A DNA stretch of 64,000 nt from Squalus acanthias. Taxonomy: Eukaryota. The notes under the pieces are model-generated. The model had not been told where the DNA came from. It ran no database searches and was given only the letters and a program-made list of their open reading frames with translations. The position numbers were made by a program, and so were the translations under genes. How positions within the stretch are numbered: the first letter of the stretch is position 1; each line of letters starts with the position of its first letter. The stretch spans positions 3,660,001 through 3,724,000 of the forward strand of contig JASTWF010000033.1 of assembly GCA_030390025.1 (NCBI GenBank). The letters run 5' to 3'. Shown one piece after another: positions 48,501 to 63,500 of this stretch.

Positions 48501-51500
48501 TTGACCTGTCCCGGGGGTTTGACATGTCCAGGGGGTTTGACCGGTCCCGTGGGTTTGACCGGTCCCGGGGGTTTGACCAGTCCTGGGGGTTTGACCAGGC
48601 CCGGGGGTTTGACCGGACCCGGGGGTTTGACCGGTCCCGGGGGTTTGACCGGTCCCGGGGGTTTGACCAGTCCTGGGGGTTTCACCAGGCCCGGGGGTTT
48701 GACCGGGCCCGGGGGTTTGACCGGTCCCGGGGGTTTGACCAGTCCCGGGGGGATTGACCAGGCCCGGGGGTTTGACCGGACCCGGGGGTTGTTACCGGTC
48801 CCGGTGCTTTGACCGGACCCGGTGGTTTGACCGGTCCCGGGTGTTTGAACGGTCCCGGGGTTGTGACCTGTCCTGGGGGTTTGACCAGTCCCGGGGGTGT
48901 GACCGGTCCCAGGGGATTGACCAGTCTCGGTGGTTTGACCAGTTCCAGGGGATTGACCAGTCCCAGGGGTTTGACCAGTCCCAGGGGATTGACCATTCCC
49001 GGGGGTTTGACCGGTCCCGGGGGTGTGACCACTCCCGGGGGTGTGACCAGTCCCGGGTGATTGACCAGTCCCGGAGGTTTGACGGGTCCTGGGGGGTTTG
49101 ACCAGTCCTGGGGGTTTGACCAGGCCCGGTGGTTTGACCGGACCCGGGGATATGACCGGTCCCGAGGGATTGACCGGTCCCGGGGGTTTGACGGGTCCCG
49201 CGGGTTTGACCAGTCTTGGGGGATTGACGAGTCCCTGGGGTTGTTACCGGTCCCGCGGGTTTGACCAGTTCCGGGTGTTTGACCGGTCCCGGGGGTTTGA
49301 CCAGTCCCAGGGATTTGACCTGTCCCGGGGGTTTGACCTGTCCAGGGGGTTTGACCGGTCCCATGGGTTTGACCAGTCCCGGGGGTTTGACCAGTCCTGG
49401 GGGTTTGACCAGGCCCGGGGGTTTGACCGGACCCGGGGGTTTGACCGGTCCCGGGGGTTTGACCGGTCCCGGGGGTTTGACCAGTCCTGGGGGTTTGACC
49501 AGGCCCGGGGGTTTGACCGGACCCGGGGGTTTGACCGGTCCCGGGGGTTTGACCGGTTCCGGGGTTTTGACCGGTCCCGGGGGTTTGACCATTCCCGGGG
49601 GGATTGACCTGTCCCGGGGGTTGTTACCGGTCCCGGTGATTTGACCGGTCCCGGGGGTTTGACCAGTCCCAGGGGTTTGACCTGTGCCGGGGGTTTGACC
49701 TGTCCAGGGGGTTTGAACAGTTCCGGGGGTTTGACAAGTCCCGGGGCTGTGACCTGTCCCGGGGGTTTGACCTGTCCCAGGGGTTTGACCTGTCCCGGGG
49801 GTTTGACCGGTCCCGGGGGTTTGACCTGTCCCGGGCGTTTGACCTGTCCCGGGGATTTGACCGGTCCCGGGGGTTTGACCTGTCCTGGGGGTTTGACCGG
49901 ACCTGGGAGTGTGACCAGTCCCGGGGGTTTGACCAGTCCCAGGGGATTGAAAAGTCCCGGGGTTTGACCAGCCCCCGTGTTTCACCAGTCCCGGGGGGTT
50001 TGACCAGTCCCGGAAGTGTGACCAGTCCCGGGTTTTTGACCAGTCCCGGGGGTGACCAGTCCCGGGGGTTTGACCTGTCCTGGGGGTTTGACCGGTCCCG
50101 GGGGTTTGACCAGTCCCGGGGTTTGACCAGTCCCGGGGATTTAACAGTCCCGGGGGTTTTGACCAGTCCCGGGGGTTTGACCAGTCCCGGGGTTTGACCA
50201 GTCCCGGGGGTTTGACCGGTCCCGGGGGTTTGACCGGTCCCGCGAGTTTGACCAGTCTTGGGGGATTGACGAGTCCCTGGGGTTGTTACCGGTCCCGCGG
50301 GTTTGACCAGTTCCGGGGGTTTGACCAGTCCCGGGGGTTTGACCAATCCCAGGGGTTTGACCTGTCCCGGGGGTTTGACCTGTCCAGGGGGTTTGACCGG
50401 TCCCGTGGGTTTGACCGGTCCCGGGGGTTTGACCAGTCCTGGGGGTTTGACCAGGCCCGGGGGTTTGACCGGACCCGGGGGTTTGACCGGTCCCGGGGGT
50501 TTGACCGGTCCCGGGGGTTTGACCAGTCCTGGGGGTTTGACCAGGCCCGGTGGTTTGACCGGACCCGGGGGTTTGACCGGTCCCGGGGGTTTGACCGGTT
50601 CCGGGGGTTTGACCGGTCCTGGGGGTTTGACCATTCCCGGGGGGATTGACCTGTCCCGGGGGTTGTTACCGGTCCCGGTGCTTTGACCGGTCCCGGGGGT
50701 TTGACCAGTCCCAGGGGTTTGACCTGTCCCGGGGGTTTGACCTGTCCCGGGGGTTTGACCGGTCCCGTGCGTTTGACCGGACCCGGGGGTTTCACCGGTC
50801 CCGGGGGTTTGACCGGTCCCGGGGGTTTGACCAGTCCCGGGACTGTGACCTGTCCCGGGGGTTTGACCTGTCCCAGGGGTTTGACCTGTCCCGGGGGTTT
50901 GACCGGTCCCGGGGGTTTGACCTGTCCTGGGGGTTTGACCGGACCTGGGGGTGTGACCAGTCCCGGGGGTTTGACCAGTCCCAGGGGATTGAAAATTCCC
51001 GGGGTTTGACCAGCCCCCGTGTTTGACCAGTCCCGGGGGGTTTGACCAGTCCCGGAAGTGTGACCAGTCCCGGGTTTTTGACCAGTCCCGGGGTGACCAG
51101 TCCCGGGGGTTTGACCTGTCCTGAGGCTTTGACCGGTTCCGGGGGTTTGACCAGTCCCGGGGTTTGACCAGTCCCGGGGATTTAACAGTCCCGGGGGTTT
51201 TGACCAGTCCCGGGGGTTTGACCAGTCCCGGGGTTGACCAGTCCCGGGGTTTTGACCGGTCCCGGGGGTTTGACCGGTCCCGCGGGTTTGACCAGTCTTG
51301 GGGGATTGACGAGTCCCTGGGGTTGTTACCGGTCCCGCGGGTTTGACCAGTTCCGGGGGTTTGACCGGTCCCGGGGGTTTAACCAGTCCCAGGGGTTTGA
51401 CCTGTCCCGGGGGTTTGACCTGTCCAGGGGGTTTGACCGGTCCCGGGGGTTTGACCGGTCCCGGGGTTTGACCAGTCCTGGGGGTTTGACCAGGCCCGGG

Positions 51501-54500
51501 GGTTTGACCGGACCCGGGGGTTTGACCTGTCCCGGGGATTTTACCGGTCCCGGGGTTTTGAGCAGTCCCGGGGGTGTGACCGGTCTCGGGGGTATGACCT
51601 GTCCCGGGGGGTTTAACCTATCCCGGGGGTTTGACCTGTCCTGTGGTTGTGACCGGTCCCAGGGGTTTGAGCAGTCCCGGGGGTTTGACCAGTCCCGGGA
51701 GTGTGACCTGTCCCGGGGGTTTGACCAATCCCAGGGGTTTGACCTGTCCCGGGGTTTTGACCGGTCCCAGGGGTTTGACTTGTCCTGGGGGTTTGACCGG
51801 TCCCGGGGGCGTGACCTGTCCCGGGGTGTGACCTTCCCGGGGTTGTGACCAGTCCCGGGCGTTTGACCGGTCCCGGGGGTTTGACCGGTCCCGGGGTTTT
51901 GACCAGTCCCGGGGGGTTTGACCAGTACCAGGGGATTGAAAAGTCGCGGGGGTTTGACCAGTCCCAGGGGATTGACCAATCCCGGGGGTTTGACCTGTCC
52001 TGGGTGTTTGACCAGACCCAGGGGATTGACCAGTCCCAGGGATTTTGACCAGTCCCGGGGGTTTTGACCAGTCCCGTGGGTTTGACCAGTCCCGGGGGTT
52101 TGACCGGACCTGGGGGTTTGACCAGTCCCGGGGGTTATGACCAGTCCCGGGGGTTTGACCGGTCCCGGGGGTTTGACCAGTCCCGGGGGTTTGACCAGTC
52201 CCTGGGGGTTTGACCAGACCCCGGGGTTTGACCAGTCCTGGGGTTGTGACCGGTCCCAGGGGATTGACCAGTCCCGGGGGTTTGACCAGTGCTAGAGGAT
52301 TGACCTGTCCCGGGGGTTTGACCAGTCCCGGGGGTGTGACCAGTCCCAGTGGTGTGACCAGTCCCGGGGGATTGACCAGTCCCGGGGGTGTGACCTGTCT
52401 CGGTTGTGTGACCTGTCTCGGTTGTGTGACCTGTCCCGGGGGTGTGACCAATCCCGGGGGTTTGACCTGTCCTGGGTGTTTGACCAGACCCAGGGGATTG
52501 ACCAGTCCCGGGGATTTTGACCAGTCCCGGGGGTTTGACCGGTCCCGGGGTTTTGACATGTCCTGGGGGTTTGACCAGTCCCAGGGGATTGACCAGTCCC
52601 GGGGGTTTGACCAGTCCCGGCGGTTTGACCTGTCCCGGGGGGTTTGACCAGACGCGGGGGTTTGAACAGTCCCGGGGGTTTGACCAGTCCCGGGGGTTTG
52701 ACCAGTCCCGGGGGGTTTGACCAGTCCCGGGGGTTTGACCGGTCCCGGGGGTGTGATCTGTCCCGGGGGATTTAACCTGTCCCGGGCGTTTGACCTGTCC
52801 TGGGGTTGTGACCGGTCCCGGGGGTTTGTCCAGTCCCGGGTGTTTGACCAGTCCCGGGGGTGTGACCTGTCCCGGGGTTTTGACCAGTCCCAGGGGTTTG
52901 ACCTGCCCCGGGGTTTTGACCGGTCCCGGGGGTTTGACCTGTCCTGGGGGTTTGACCGGTCCCGGGGGTGTGATCTGTCCCGGGTTTGTGACCTGTCCCG
53001 GGGGTGTGACCAGTCCCGGTGGTTTGACCGTTCCCGTGGGTTTGACCGGTCCCGGGGTTATGACCAGTCCCAGGGGCTTGACCAGTCCCAGGGGATTTAC
53101 CAGTCCCGGGGGTTTGACCAGTCCCGGCAGTTTGAGCTGTCCCGGGGGGTTTGACCAGTCCCGGGGGTTTGAACAGTCCCGGGGGATTGACCAGTCCCGG
53201 GGGTTTGACCAGTCCCGGGGGTTTGACCAGTCCCGGGGGTTTTGACCAGTCCCGGGGGGGTGACAAGTCCCGGGGGTTTGACCAGTCCCGGGGGTTGGAC
53301 CAGTCCCGGGGGTTTGTCCGGACCCAGGGGTTTGACTGGTCCCAGGTGTTTGAGCTTTCCCGGGGTTTTGACCGGTGCCGGGTGTTTGACCAGTACCGGG
53401 GTTTTGACCGGTCCCGGGGGTTTGACCAGTCCCAGGGGTTTGACATGTCCCGGGGGTTTGACAAGTCCCGGGGGATTGACCGATCCCGGGATTTGACCTG
53501 TCCCGTGGGTTTGACCAGTCCTGGGGGTTTGACCAGTCCCGGGGTTTTGACAGGTCCCGGGGGTTTGACCGGTCCCGGGACTTTGACAGGTTCTGGGGGT
53601 TTGACTGGTCCCGGGGGATTGACCAGTCCCGGGGGTTTGACCAGTCACAGGGGATTGACCAGTCCCGGGGGGTTTGACCAGTCCCTGGGAATTGACCAGT
53701 CCCGGGGGTTTGACCAGTCCCGGGGGTTTGACCAGTCCCGGGGGGTGTGACCATTCCCGGGGGTTTGAACAGTACCAGGGGATTGACCAGTCCCGGGGGT
53801 TTGACCAGTCCCGGGGGTTTGACCAGTCCCGGGGGCTTGACCGGTCCCGGGGGGTATGACCAGTCCCGGGGGATTGACCGGTCCCGGGGGATTGACCGGT
53901 CCCGGGGGTTTGACCGGTCCCGGGGTTTTGACCAGTCCCCGGGGGTTCGACCAGACCCGGGGGTTTGACCTGTCCCAGGGGATTGACCAGTCCCGGGGGT
54001 TTGACCAGTCCCAGAGGATTGACCAGGCCCGGGGATTTGACCGGTCCCGGGGGTGTGACCAGTCCCGGGGGTTTGTCGGGTCCTGGGGGATCTGACCAGT
54101 CCCGGCGGTGTGACCAGTCCCAGGGGATTGACCAGTCCCGTAGGTTTGACCAGTCCCGGCGATTTGACCTGTCCCAGAGGTTTGAACAGTCCCGTGGGAT
54201 TGACCAGTCCCGGGGGTTTGACCAGTCCCGGGGTTTGAACAGTCCCGTGGGATTGACCAGTCCCGGGGGTTTGAACAGTCCCGGGGGGGGTGACAAGTCC
54301 CGGGGGTTTGACCTGTCCCGGGGGTCTGACCTGTCCCGGGGGTGTGACCGGTCACGGGGATTTGACCAGTCCTGAGGGTTTTACCAGTCCCGGGGGTTTG
54401 ACCAGTCCCAGGCGATTGACCAATCCCGGGGGTTTGACCTGTCCTGAGTGTTTGACCAGACCAAGGGGATTGACCAGTCCCGAGGATATTGACCAGTCCC

Positions 54501-57500
54501 GGGGGTTTTGACCAGTCCCGTGGGTTTGACCTGTCCCGGGGGTTTGACCAGTCCCGGGTATTTGACCGGTCCCGGGGGTTTGACCAGTCCTGGGGGTTTG
54601 ACCATTCCCGGGGGTTTGAATGGTCCCGGGGGTTTGACCGGTCCCGGGGGTTTGACAGGTTCTGGTGGTTTGACCGGTCCGGGAGGTTTGACCAGTCCCG
54701 GGGGATTGACCAGTCCCGGGGTTTTGACCAGTCCCAGGGGATTGACCAATCCTGGGGGGTTTGACCAGTCCCAGGGTATTGACCAGTCCCGGGGGTTTGA
54801 CCGGTCCCGAGGGTTTGACCAGTCCCGGGGGGTGTGACCATTCCCGTGGGTTTGACCAGTACCAGGGGATTGACCAGTCCCGGGGGGTTTGACCAATCCC
54901 TGGGGTTTGACCAGTCCCGGGGGTTTGACCGTTCCCGGGGGGTATCACCAGTCCCGGGAGTTTGACCGGTGCCGGCGGTTTGACCGGTCCCGGGGGTTCG
55001 ACCAGTCACCGGGGGTTTGACCAGACCCGGGGGTTTGACCAGTCCCGGGGTTGTGACCGGTCCCGGGGGGTTTGACCTGTCCCAGGGGATTGACCAGTCC
55101 CGGGGGTTTGACCACTCCCAGAGGATTGACCTGTCCCGGGGGTTTGACCGGTCCCGGGGGTGTGACCAGTCCCAGGGGTGTGACCAGTCCCGGGGGATTG
55201 ACCAGTCCCGGAGGTTTGTCGGGTCCTGGGGGATTTGACCAGTCCCTGGGGTGTGACCAGTCCCGGGGGTTTGACGGGTCCTGGGGGGTTTGAACAGTCC
55301 CGGGTGTTTGACCGGTCCCGGGGTTGTCACCGGTCCCGGAGGTTTGACGGCTCCTGGGGGGTTTGACCAGTCCCGGGGGAGTGACCAGTCCCGGGGGTTT
55401 GACGGGTCCTGGGGGGTTTGACCAGTTCCGGGTGTTTGACCGGTGCCGGGTGTTTGACCTTTCCGGGAGTTTGCCCGGTCCCGGGGGATTGATCGTTCCT
55501 GGAGGTTTGACGGGTCATGGGGGGTTTGACCAGTCCCGGGGGTGTGACCAGTCCTGGGGGTTTGACCGGTCCCGGGGGTTTGACCAGTCCCGGGGCTTTG
55601 ACCAGTTCCGGGGGTGTGACCAGTCCCGGGGGTGTGACCGTTCCCGGGGGCTTGACCTGTCCCGGGGGATTTAACCTGTCCCGGGCGTTTGACCTGTCCT
55701 GAGGTTTTGACCAGTCCCAGGGGTATGTCCTGCCCCGGGGTTTTGACCGGTCCCGGGGGTTTGACCTGTCCTGGGGGTGTGACCAGTCCCGGGGGTTTGA
55801 CCGTTCCCGTGGGTTTGACCGGTCCCGGGGTTTTGACCAGACCCGGGGGTTTGACCAGTCCCGGGGTTGTGATCGGTCCCAGGGGATTGACCAGTCCCGG
55901 TGGTTTGACCTGTCCCAGGGGATTGACCAGTCCCGGGGGTTTGACCAGTCCCGGGAGTGTGACCTGTCTCGGTTGTGTGACCTGTCCCGGGGGTGTGACC
56001 AGTCCCGGGGGTTTGACCGGTCGCGGGGGTTTGACCGGTCCCGGGGTTTTGACATGTCCTGGGGGTTTGACCAGTCCCAGGGGATTGACCAGTCCCGGGG
56101 GTTTGACCAGTCCCGGCGGTTTGACCTGTCCAGGGGGGTTTGACCAGTCCCGGGTGTTTGAACAGTCCCGGGGGATTAACCAGTCCCGTGGGTTTGACCA
56201 GTCCCGGGGGTTTGACCAGTCCCGGGGGGTTTGACCAGTCCTGGGGGGGTGACAAGTCCCGGGGGTATGACCAGTCCCGGGGGTGACCAGTCCCCGGGGG
56301 TTTGACCAGTCCCGGGGGTGTGACCAGTCCCGGGGGTTTGACCAGTCCCGGGGGTCTGACCTGTCCCGGGGGTTTGACCAGTCCCGGTGGTTTGACCTGT
56401 CCCGGGGGCTTTGACCAGTCCCGGGGGGTTGACCAGTCCCGGCGGTTTGACCTGTCCCGGTGGGTTTGACCAGTCCCGGGGGTTTGAACAGTCCCGGGGG
56501 ATTGACCAGTCCCGGGGGTGTGACCAGTCCCGGGGGTTTGACCAGTTCCGGGGATCTGACCTGTCCTGGAGGTGTGACCGGTCACGGGGTTTTGACCAGT
56601 CCTGGGGGTTTGACCAGTCCCGGGGGTTTGACCAGACCCAGGGGATTGAACAGTCCCGGGGATTTTCACCAGTCCCGGGGGTTTTGACCAGTCCCGGGGG
56701 TTTGACCAGTCCCGGGGGATTGTCCGGTTCCGGGGTTTTGACTGGTCCCGGGTGTTTGACCTTTCCGGGGGTTTTGACCGGTCCCGGGGGTTTGACCAGT
56801 CCCAGGGGTTTGACCTGTCCCGGAGGTTTGACCAGTCCCGGGGGTTAGACCGATCCCGGGGGCTTGACCTGTCCCGGGGGTTTGACCAGTCCTGGAGGTT
56901 TGACCAGTCCCGGGGTTTTGAACGGTCCCGGGGGTTTGACCGGCCCCGGGGGTTTGACAGGTTCTGGGGGTTTGACTGGTCCCGGAGTTTTGACCAGTCC
57001 CGGGGGATTGACCAATCCCGGGGGTTTGACCAGTCCCAGGGGATTGACCAGTCCCGGGGGATTGACCAGTCCTGGGGGTTTGACCGGTCCCGGGGGTTTG
57101 ACCAGTCCTGGGGGTTTGACCGGTCCCGGGGGTTTGACCAGTCCCGGGTGGGTGACCAGTCCCGGGGGTTTGAACAGTCCTGGGGGTTAGACCAGTCCCG
57201 GGGTTTTGACCAGTCCAGCGGTTTTACCAGCGCCGGAAGGTTGACCAGTCCTGGAGGTTTGACTTGTCCCGGGGGTTTGACCGGTCGCGGGGGTTTGACC
57301 GGTCCCGGGGGTTTGACCAGTCCCGGGTGTTTGACCTGTCCCGGGGGTGTGAACTGTCCCGGGGGTGTGACCAGTCCTGGGGGGGTGACCTGTCCCTGGG
57401 GTTTGACCAGTCCTGGGGGTTAGAACAGTCCCAGGGTTTTAACCAGTCCAGGGGTTTGTCCGGTTCCGGGGCTTTGTCCGGTCCTGCGGTTTGTGGCAGC

Positions 57501-60500
57501 ACCCGGAGGTTTGACCGGTCCCGGGGGGGTTTGAACGGTCCCTGGGGGATAACCAGTCCCGGGGGTTGACCTGTCCCGGGGGTTTGACTGCTCCCAGGGT
57601 GTTTGACCAGTCCCGGGGGTTTGACCAGTCCCAAGGGATTGACCAGTCCCGGGGGATTGACCAGTCCCAGGGGATTGACCAGTCCCTGGGGTTTGACCGG
57701 TCCCGGGGGTGTGACCAGTCCCGGGGGTGTTACCATTCCCTGGGGATTGACCTGTCCTGGAGGTTTGACGGGTCCTGGTGTATTTGACCGGTCCCTTGGG
57801 GTAGTCCGGTTCCAGGGCTTTGACCGGTCCTGGGGTGTGTGGCAGCACCCGGGTGTTTGACCGGTCCAGGTGGTTTGACCGGTCCCTTGGGGTTGTCCGG
57901 TTCCGAGGGTTTGACTGCTCGCAAGGGTATTGACCAGTCCCGGGGGTTTGACCAGTCCCAGGGGATTGAACAGTCCCAGGGGTTTGACCGGTCCCGGGGG
58001 TGTGACCAGTCCCGGGGGTTTGACCAGTCCCGGGGGTTTGACCAGTCCCGGGGGTTTGACCAGTCCCTGGTGTTTGACCAGTGCCGGGGGTTTGACCATT
58101 CCCGGGGGTTTGAATGGTCCCGGGGGTTTGACCGGTCCCGGGGGTTTGACAGGTTCTGGTGCTTTGACCGGTCCGGGAGGTTTGACCAGTCCCGGGGGAT
58201 TGACCAGTCCCGGGGTTTTGACCAGTCCCAGGGGATTGACCAGTCCTGGGGGGTTTGACCAGTCCCAGGGTATTGACCAGTCCCGGGGGTTTGACCGGTC
58301 CCGAGGGTTTGACCAGTCCCGGGGGGTGTGACCATTCCCGGGGGTTTGACCAGTACCGGGGATTGACCAGTCCCGGGGGGTTTGACCAATCCCTGGGGTT
58401 TGACCAGTCCCGGGGGTTTGACCGTTCCCGGGGGGTATCACCAGTCCTGGGAGTTTGACCGGTCCCGGGGGTTTGACCGGTCCCGGGGGTTTGACCAGTC
58501 CCCGGGGGTTTGACCAGACCCGGGGGTTTGACCAGTCCCGGGGTTGTGACCGGTCCCAGGGGATTGACCAGTCCCGGTGGTTTGACCTGTCCCAGGGGAT
58601 TGACCAGTCCCGGGGGTTTGACCAGTCCCAGAAGATTGACCTGTCCCGGGGGTTTGACCGGTCCCGGGGGTGTGACCAGTCCCGGGGGTTTGACTAGTCC
58701 TAGAGGATTGACCTGTCCCGGGGGTTTGAACGGTCCCGGGGGTGTTACCAGTCCCAGGGGTGTGACCAGTCCCGGGGGATTGACCAGTCCCGGAGTTTTG
58801 TCGGGTCCTGGGGGATTTGACCAGTCCCTGGGGTGTGACCAGTCCCGGGGGTTTGACGGGTCCTGGGGGGTTTGAACAGTCCCGGGTGTTTGACCGGTCC
58901 CGGGGTTGTCACCAGTCCCGGAGGTTTGACGGATCCTGGGGGATTTGACCAGTCCCGGGGGAGTGACCAGTCCCGGGGGTTTGACGGGTCCTGGGGGGTT
59001 TGACCAGTTCCGGGTGTTTGACCGGTGCCGGGTGTTTGACCTTTCCGGGAGTTTGCCCGGTCCCGGGGGATTGATCGTTCCTGGAGGTTTGACGGGTCAT
59101 GGGGGGTTTGACCAGTCCCGGGGGTGTGACCAGTCCTGGGGGTTTGACCGGTCCCGGGGGCTTGACCAGTCCCGGGGGTGTGACCAGTCCTGGGGGTTTG
59201 ACCGGTTCCGGGGGTGTGACCAGTCCCGCGGGTGTGACCGTTCCCGGGGGCTTGACCTGTCCCGGGGGATTTAACCTGTCCCGGGCGTTTGACCTGTCCT
59301 GAGGTTTTGACCAGTCCCAGGGGTTTGACCTGCCCCGGGGTTTTGACCTGTCCCGGGGGTTTGACCTGTCCTGTGGGTGTGACCAGTCCCGGGGGTTTGA
59401 CCGTTCCCGTGGGTTTGACCGGTCCCGGGGTTTTGACCAGACCCGGGGGTTTGACCAGTCCCGGGGTTGTGACCGGTCCCAGGGGATTGACCAGTCCCGG
59501 TGGTTTGACCTGTCCCAGGGGATTGACCAGTCCCGGGGGTTTGACCAGTCCCGGGGGTGTGACCTGTCTCGGTTGTGTGACCTGTCCCGGGGGTGTGATC
59601 AGTCCCGGGGGTTTGACCGGTCCCGGGGGTTTGACCGGTCCCGGGGTTTTGACATGTCCTGGGGGTTTGACCAGTCCCAGGGGATTGACCAGTCCCGGGG
59701 GTTTGACCAGTCCCGGCGGTTTGAGCTGCCCCGGGGGGTTTGACCAGTCCCGGGTGTTTGAACAGTCCCGGGGGATTGACCAGTCCCGTGGGTTTGACCA
59801 GTCCCGGGGGTTTGACCAGTCCCAGGGGGTTTGACCAGTCCCGGGGGGGTGACAAGTCCCGGGGGTATGACCAGTCCCGGGGGTGACCAGTCCCGGGGGT
59901 TTGACCAGTCCCGGGGGTGTGACCAGTTCCGGGGGTTTGACCAGTCCCGGGGGTCTGACCTGTCCCGGGGGTTTGACCAGTCCCGGTGGTTTGACCTGTC
60001 CCGGGGGCTTTGACCAGTCCCGGGGGGTTGACCAGTCCCGGCGGTTTGACCTGTCCCGGTGGGTTTGACCAGTCCCGGGGGTTTGAACAGTCCCGGGGGA
60101 TTGACCAGTCCCGGGGGTGCGACCAGTCTCGGGGCTTTGACCAGTTCCGGGGATTGACCAGTCCCGGGGGTGTGACCGGTCACGGGGTTTTGACCAGTCC
60201 TGGGGGTTTGACCAGTCCCGGGGGTTTGACCAGACCCAGGGGATTGAACAGTCCCGGGGATTTTCACCAGTCCCGGGGGTTTTGACCAGTCCCGGGGGTT
60301 TGACCAGTCCCGGGGGATTGTCCGGACCCGGGGTTTTTTACTGGTCCCGGGTGTTTGACCTTTCCGGGGGTTTTGACCGGTCCCGGGGGTTTGACCAGTC
60401 CCAGGGGTTTGACCTGTCCCGGAGGTTTGACCAGTCCCGGGGGTTAGACCGATCCCGGGGGCTTGACCTGTCCCGGGGGTTTGACCAGTCCTGGGGGTTT

Positions 60501-63500
60501 GACCAGTCCCGGGGTTTTGAATGGTCCCGGGGGTTTGACCGGCCCCGGGGGTTTGACAGGTTCTGGGGGTTTGACTGGTCCCGGAGTTTTGACCAGTCCC
60601 GGGGGATTGACCAATCCCGGGGGTTTGACCAGTCCCAGGGGATTGACCTGTCCCGGGGGATTGACCAGTCCTGCGGGTTTGACCGGTCCCGGGGGTTTGA
60701 CCAGTCCCGGGGGTTTGACCAGTACAAGGGGATTGACCAGTCCCGGGGGTTTGACCAGTCCCGGGGGTTTGACCAGTCCCACGGGATTGACCAGTCCTGG
60801 GGGTTTGACCGGTTCCAGGGGGTATTACCAGTCCCGGTGGTTTGACCGGTCCCGGGGGTTTGACCGGTCCCGGGGGTTTGACCAGTCCCCGGGGGTTTGA
60901 CCAGACCCGGGGGTTTGACCAGTCTCGGGGTTGTGACCGGTCCCAGGGGATTGACCAGTCACGGTGGTTTGACCTGTCCCAGGGGATTGACCAGTCCCGG
61001 GGGTTTGACCAGTCCCGGGGGTGTGACCTGTCTCGGTTGTGTGACCTGTCCCGGGGGTGTGACCAGTCCCGGGGGTTTGACCGGTCCCGGGGGTTTGACC
61101 GGTCCCGGGGTTTTGACATGTCCTGGGGGTTTGACCAGTCCCAGGGGATTGACCAGTCCCGGGGGTTTGACCAGTCCCGGCGGTTTGAGCTGCCCCGGGG
61201 GGTTTGACCAGTCCCGGGTGTTTGAACAGTCCCGGGGGATTGACCAGTCCCGTGGGTTTGACCAGTCCCGGGGGTTTGACCAGTCCCAGGGGGTTTGACC
61301 AGTCCCGGGGGGGTGACAAGTCCCGGGGGTATGACCAGTCCCGGGGGTGACCAGTCCCGGGGGTTTGACCAGTCCCGGGGGTGTGACCAGTTCCGGGGGT
61401 TTGACCAGTCCCGGGGGTCTGACCTGTCCCGGGGGTTTGACCAGTCCCGGTGGTTTGACCTGTCCCGGGGGCTTTGACCAGTCCCGGGGGGTTGACCAGT
61501 CCCGGCGGTTTGACCTGTCCCGGTGGGTTTGACCAGTCCCGGGGGTTTGAACAGTCCCGGGGGATTGACCAGTCCCGGGGGTGCGACCAGTCTCGGGGCT
61601 TTGACCAGTTCCGGGGATTGACCAGTCCCGGGGGTGTGACCGGTCACGGGGTTTTGACCAGTCCTGGGGGTTTGACCAGTCCCGGGGGTTTGACCAGACC
61701 CAGGGGATTGAACAGTCCCGGGGATTTTCACCAGTCCCGGGGGTTTTGACCAGTCCCGGGGGTTTGACCAGTCCCGGGGGATTGTCCGGACCCGGGGTTT
61801 TTTACTGGTCCCGGGTGTTTGACCTTTCCGGGGGTTTTGACCGGTCCCGGGGGTTTGACCAGTCCCAGGGGTTTGACCTGTCCCGGAGGTTTGACCAGTC
61901 CCGGGGGTTAGACCGATCCCGGGGGCTTGACCTGTCCCGGGGGTTTGACCAGTCCTGGGGGTTTGACCAGTCCCGGGGTTGTGACCGGTCCCAGGGGATT
62001 GACCAGTCCCGGGGGTTTGACCATTCCTAGAGGATTGACCTGTCCCGGGGGTTTGACCGGTCCCGGGGGTTTGACCAGTCCAGGGTTGTGACCAGTCCCG
62101 GGGGATTGACCAGTCCCGGAGGTTTGTCGGGTCTGGGGGATTTGACCAGTCCCTGGGGTGTGACCAGTCCCGGGGTTTGACGGGTCCTGGGGGGTTTGAC
62201 CAGTCCCGGGTGTTTAAACCGGTCCCGGGGTTTGACCGGTCCCCGGGAATTTGACCAGCCGGGGGTTTGACGGGTCCTGGGGGGTTGTGACAATTCCCGG
62301 GCGTTTGACCAGTCACTGGGGGTTTGACCGGTCCCGGGGGTGTGACCTGTCTCGGTTGTGTGACCTGTCCCGGGGGTGTGACCAGTCCCGGGGGTTTGAC
62401 CGGTCCCGGGGGTTGACCGGTCCCGGGGTTTGAACAGTCCCTGGGGTTTGACCAGTCCGAGGGGATTGACCAGTCCCGGGGGTTTTGACCAGTCCCGGCG
62501 GTTTGACCTGTCCCGGGGGTTTGACCAGTCCCGGGGGTTTGAACAGTCCCGGGGGATTGACCAGTCCCGGGGGTTTGACCAGTTCCGGCGGTTTGACCAG
62601 TCCCAGGGGTTTGACCAGTCCCGGGGGTGACCAGTCCCGGGGGTTTGACCAGTCCCTGGGGTGACCTGTCCCGGGGGATTTAACCTGTCCCGGGCGTTTG
62701 ACCTGTCCTGGGGTTGTGACCGGTCCCGGGGGTTTGTCCAGTCCCGGGTGTTTGACCAGTCCCGGGGGTGTGACCTGTCCCGGGGTTTTGACCAGTCCCA
62801 GGGGTTTGACCTGCCCCGGGTTTTTGACCGGTCCCGGGGGTTTGACCTGTCCTGGGGGTTTGACCGGTCCCGGGGGTGTGCTCTGTCCCGGGTTTGTGAC
62901 CTGTCCCGGGGGTGTGACCAGTCCCGGTGGTTTGACCGTTCCCGTGGGTTTGACCGGTCCCGGGGTATTGACCAGTCCCGGGGGCTTGACCAGTCCCGGG
63001 GGTTTGACCAGTCCCAGGGGTTTGACCAGTCCTGGGGGTGTGACCAGTCCCGGGGGTTTGACCAGTCCCCAGGTGTTTGACCGGTCCAGGGGTTTGACCG
63101 GTCCCGGGGGTTTGACCGGTCCCCAGGGGTTTGACGGTCCAGGGGGTTTGACCGGTCCCGGGGGTTTGACCAGTCCCAGGGGATTGACCAGTCCCGGGGG
63201 TTTGACCAGTCCCGGGGTTTTGACCGGTACGGGGGTTTGACCAGTCCCAGGGGATTGACCAGTCCCGGGGATTTGACCAGTCCCGGTGGTTTGACCAGTC
63301 CCTGGGGTTTGAACAATCCTGGGGGTTTGAACGGTCCCCGGGGTGTGACCGGTCTATGGGTTTGACCAGTCCCGGGGAGTTTGACCGGTCCCGGGGTTTT
63401 GACCGGTCCCGGGGGTTTGACCAGTCCCGGGGGTTTGACAAAACCCGGGGGTTTGACCAGTCCAGGGTGTTTGACCTGTCCCGGGGGTGTGACATGTCCC

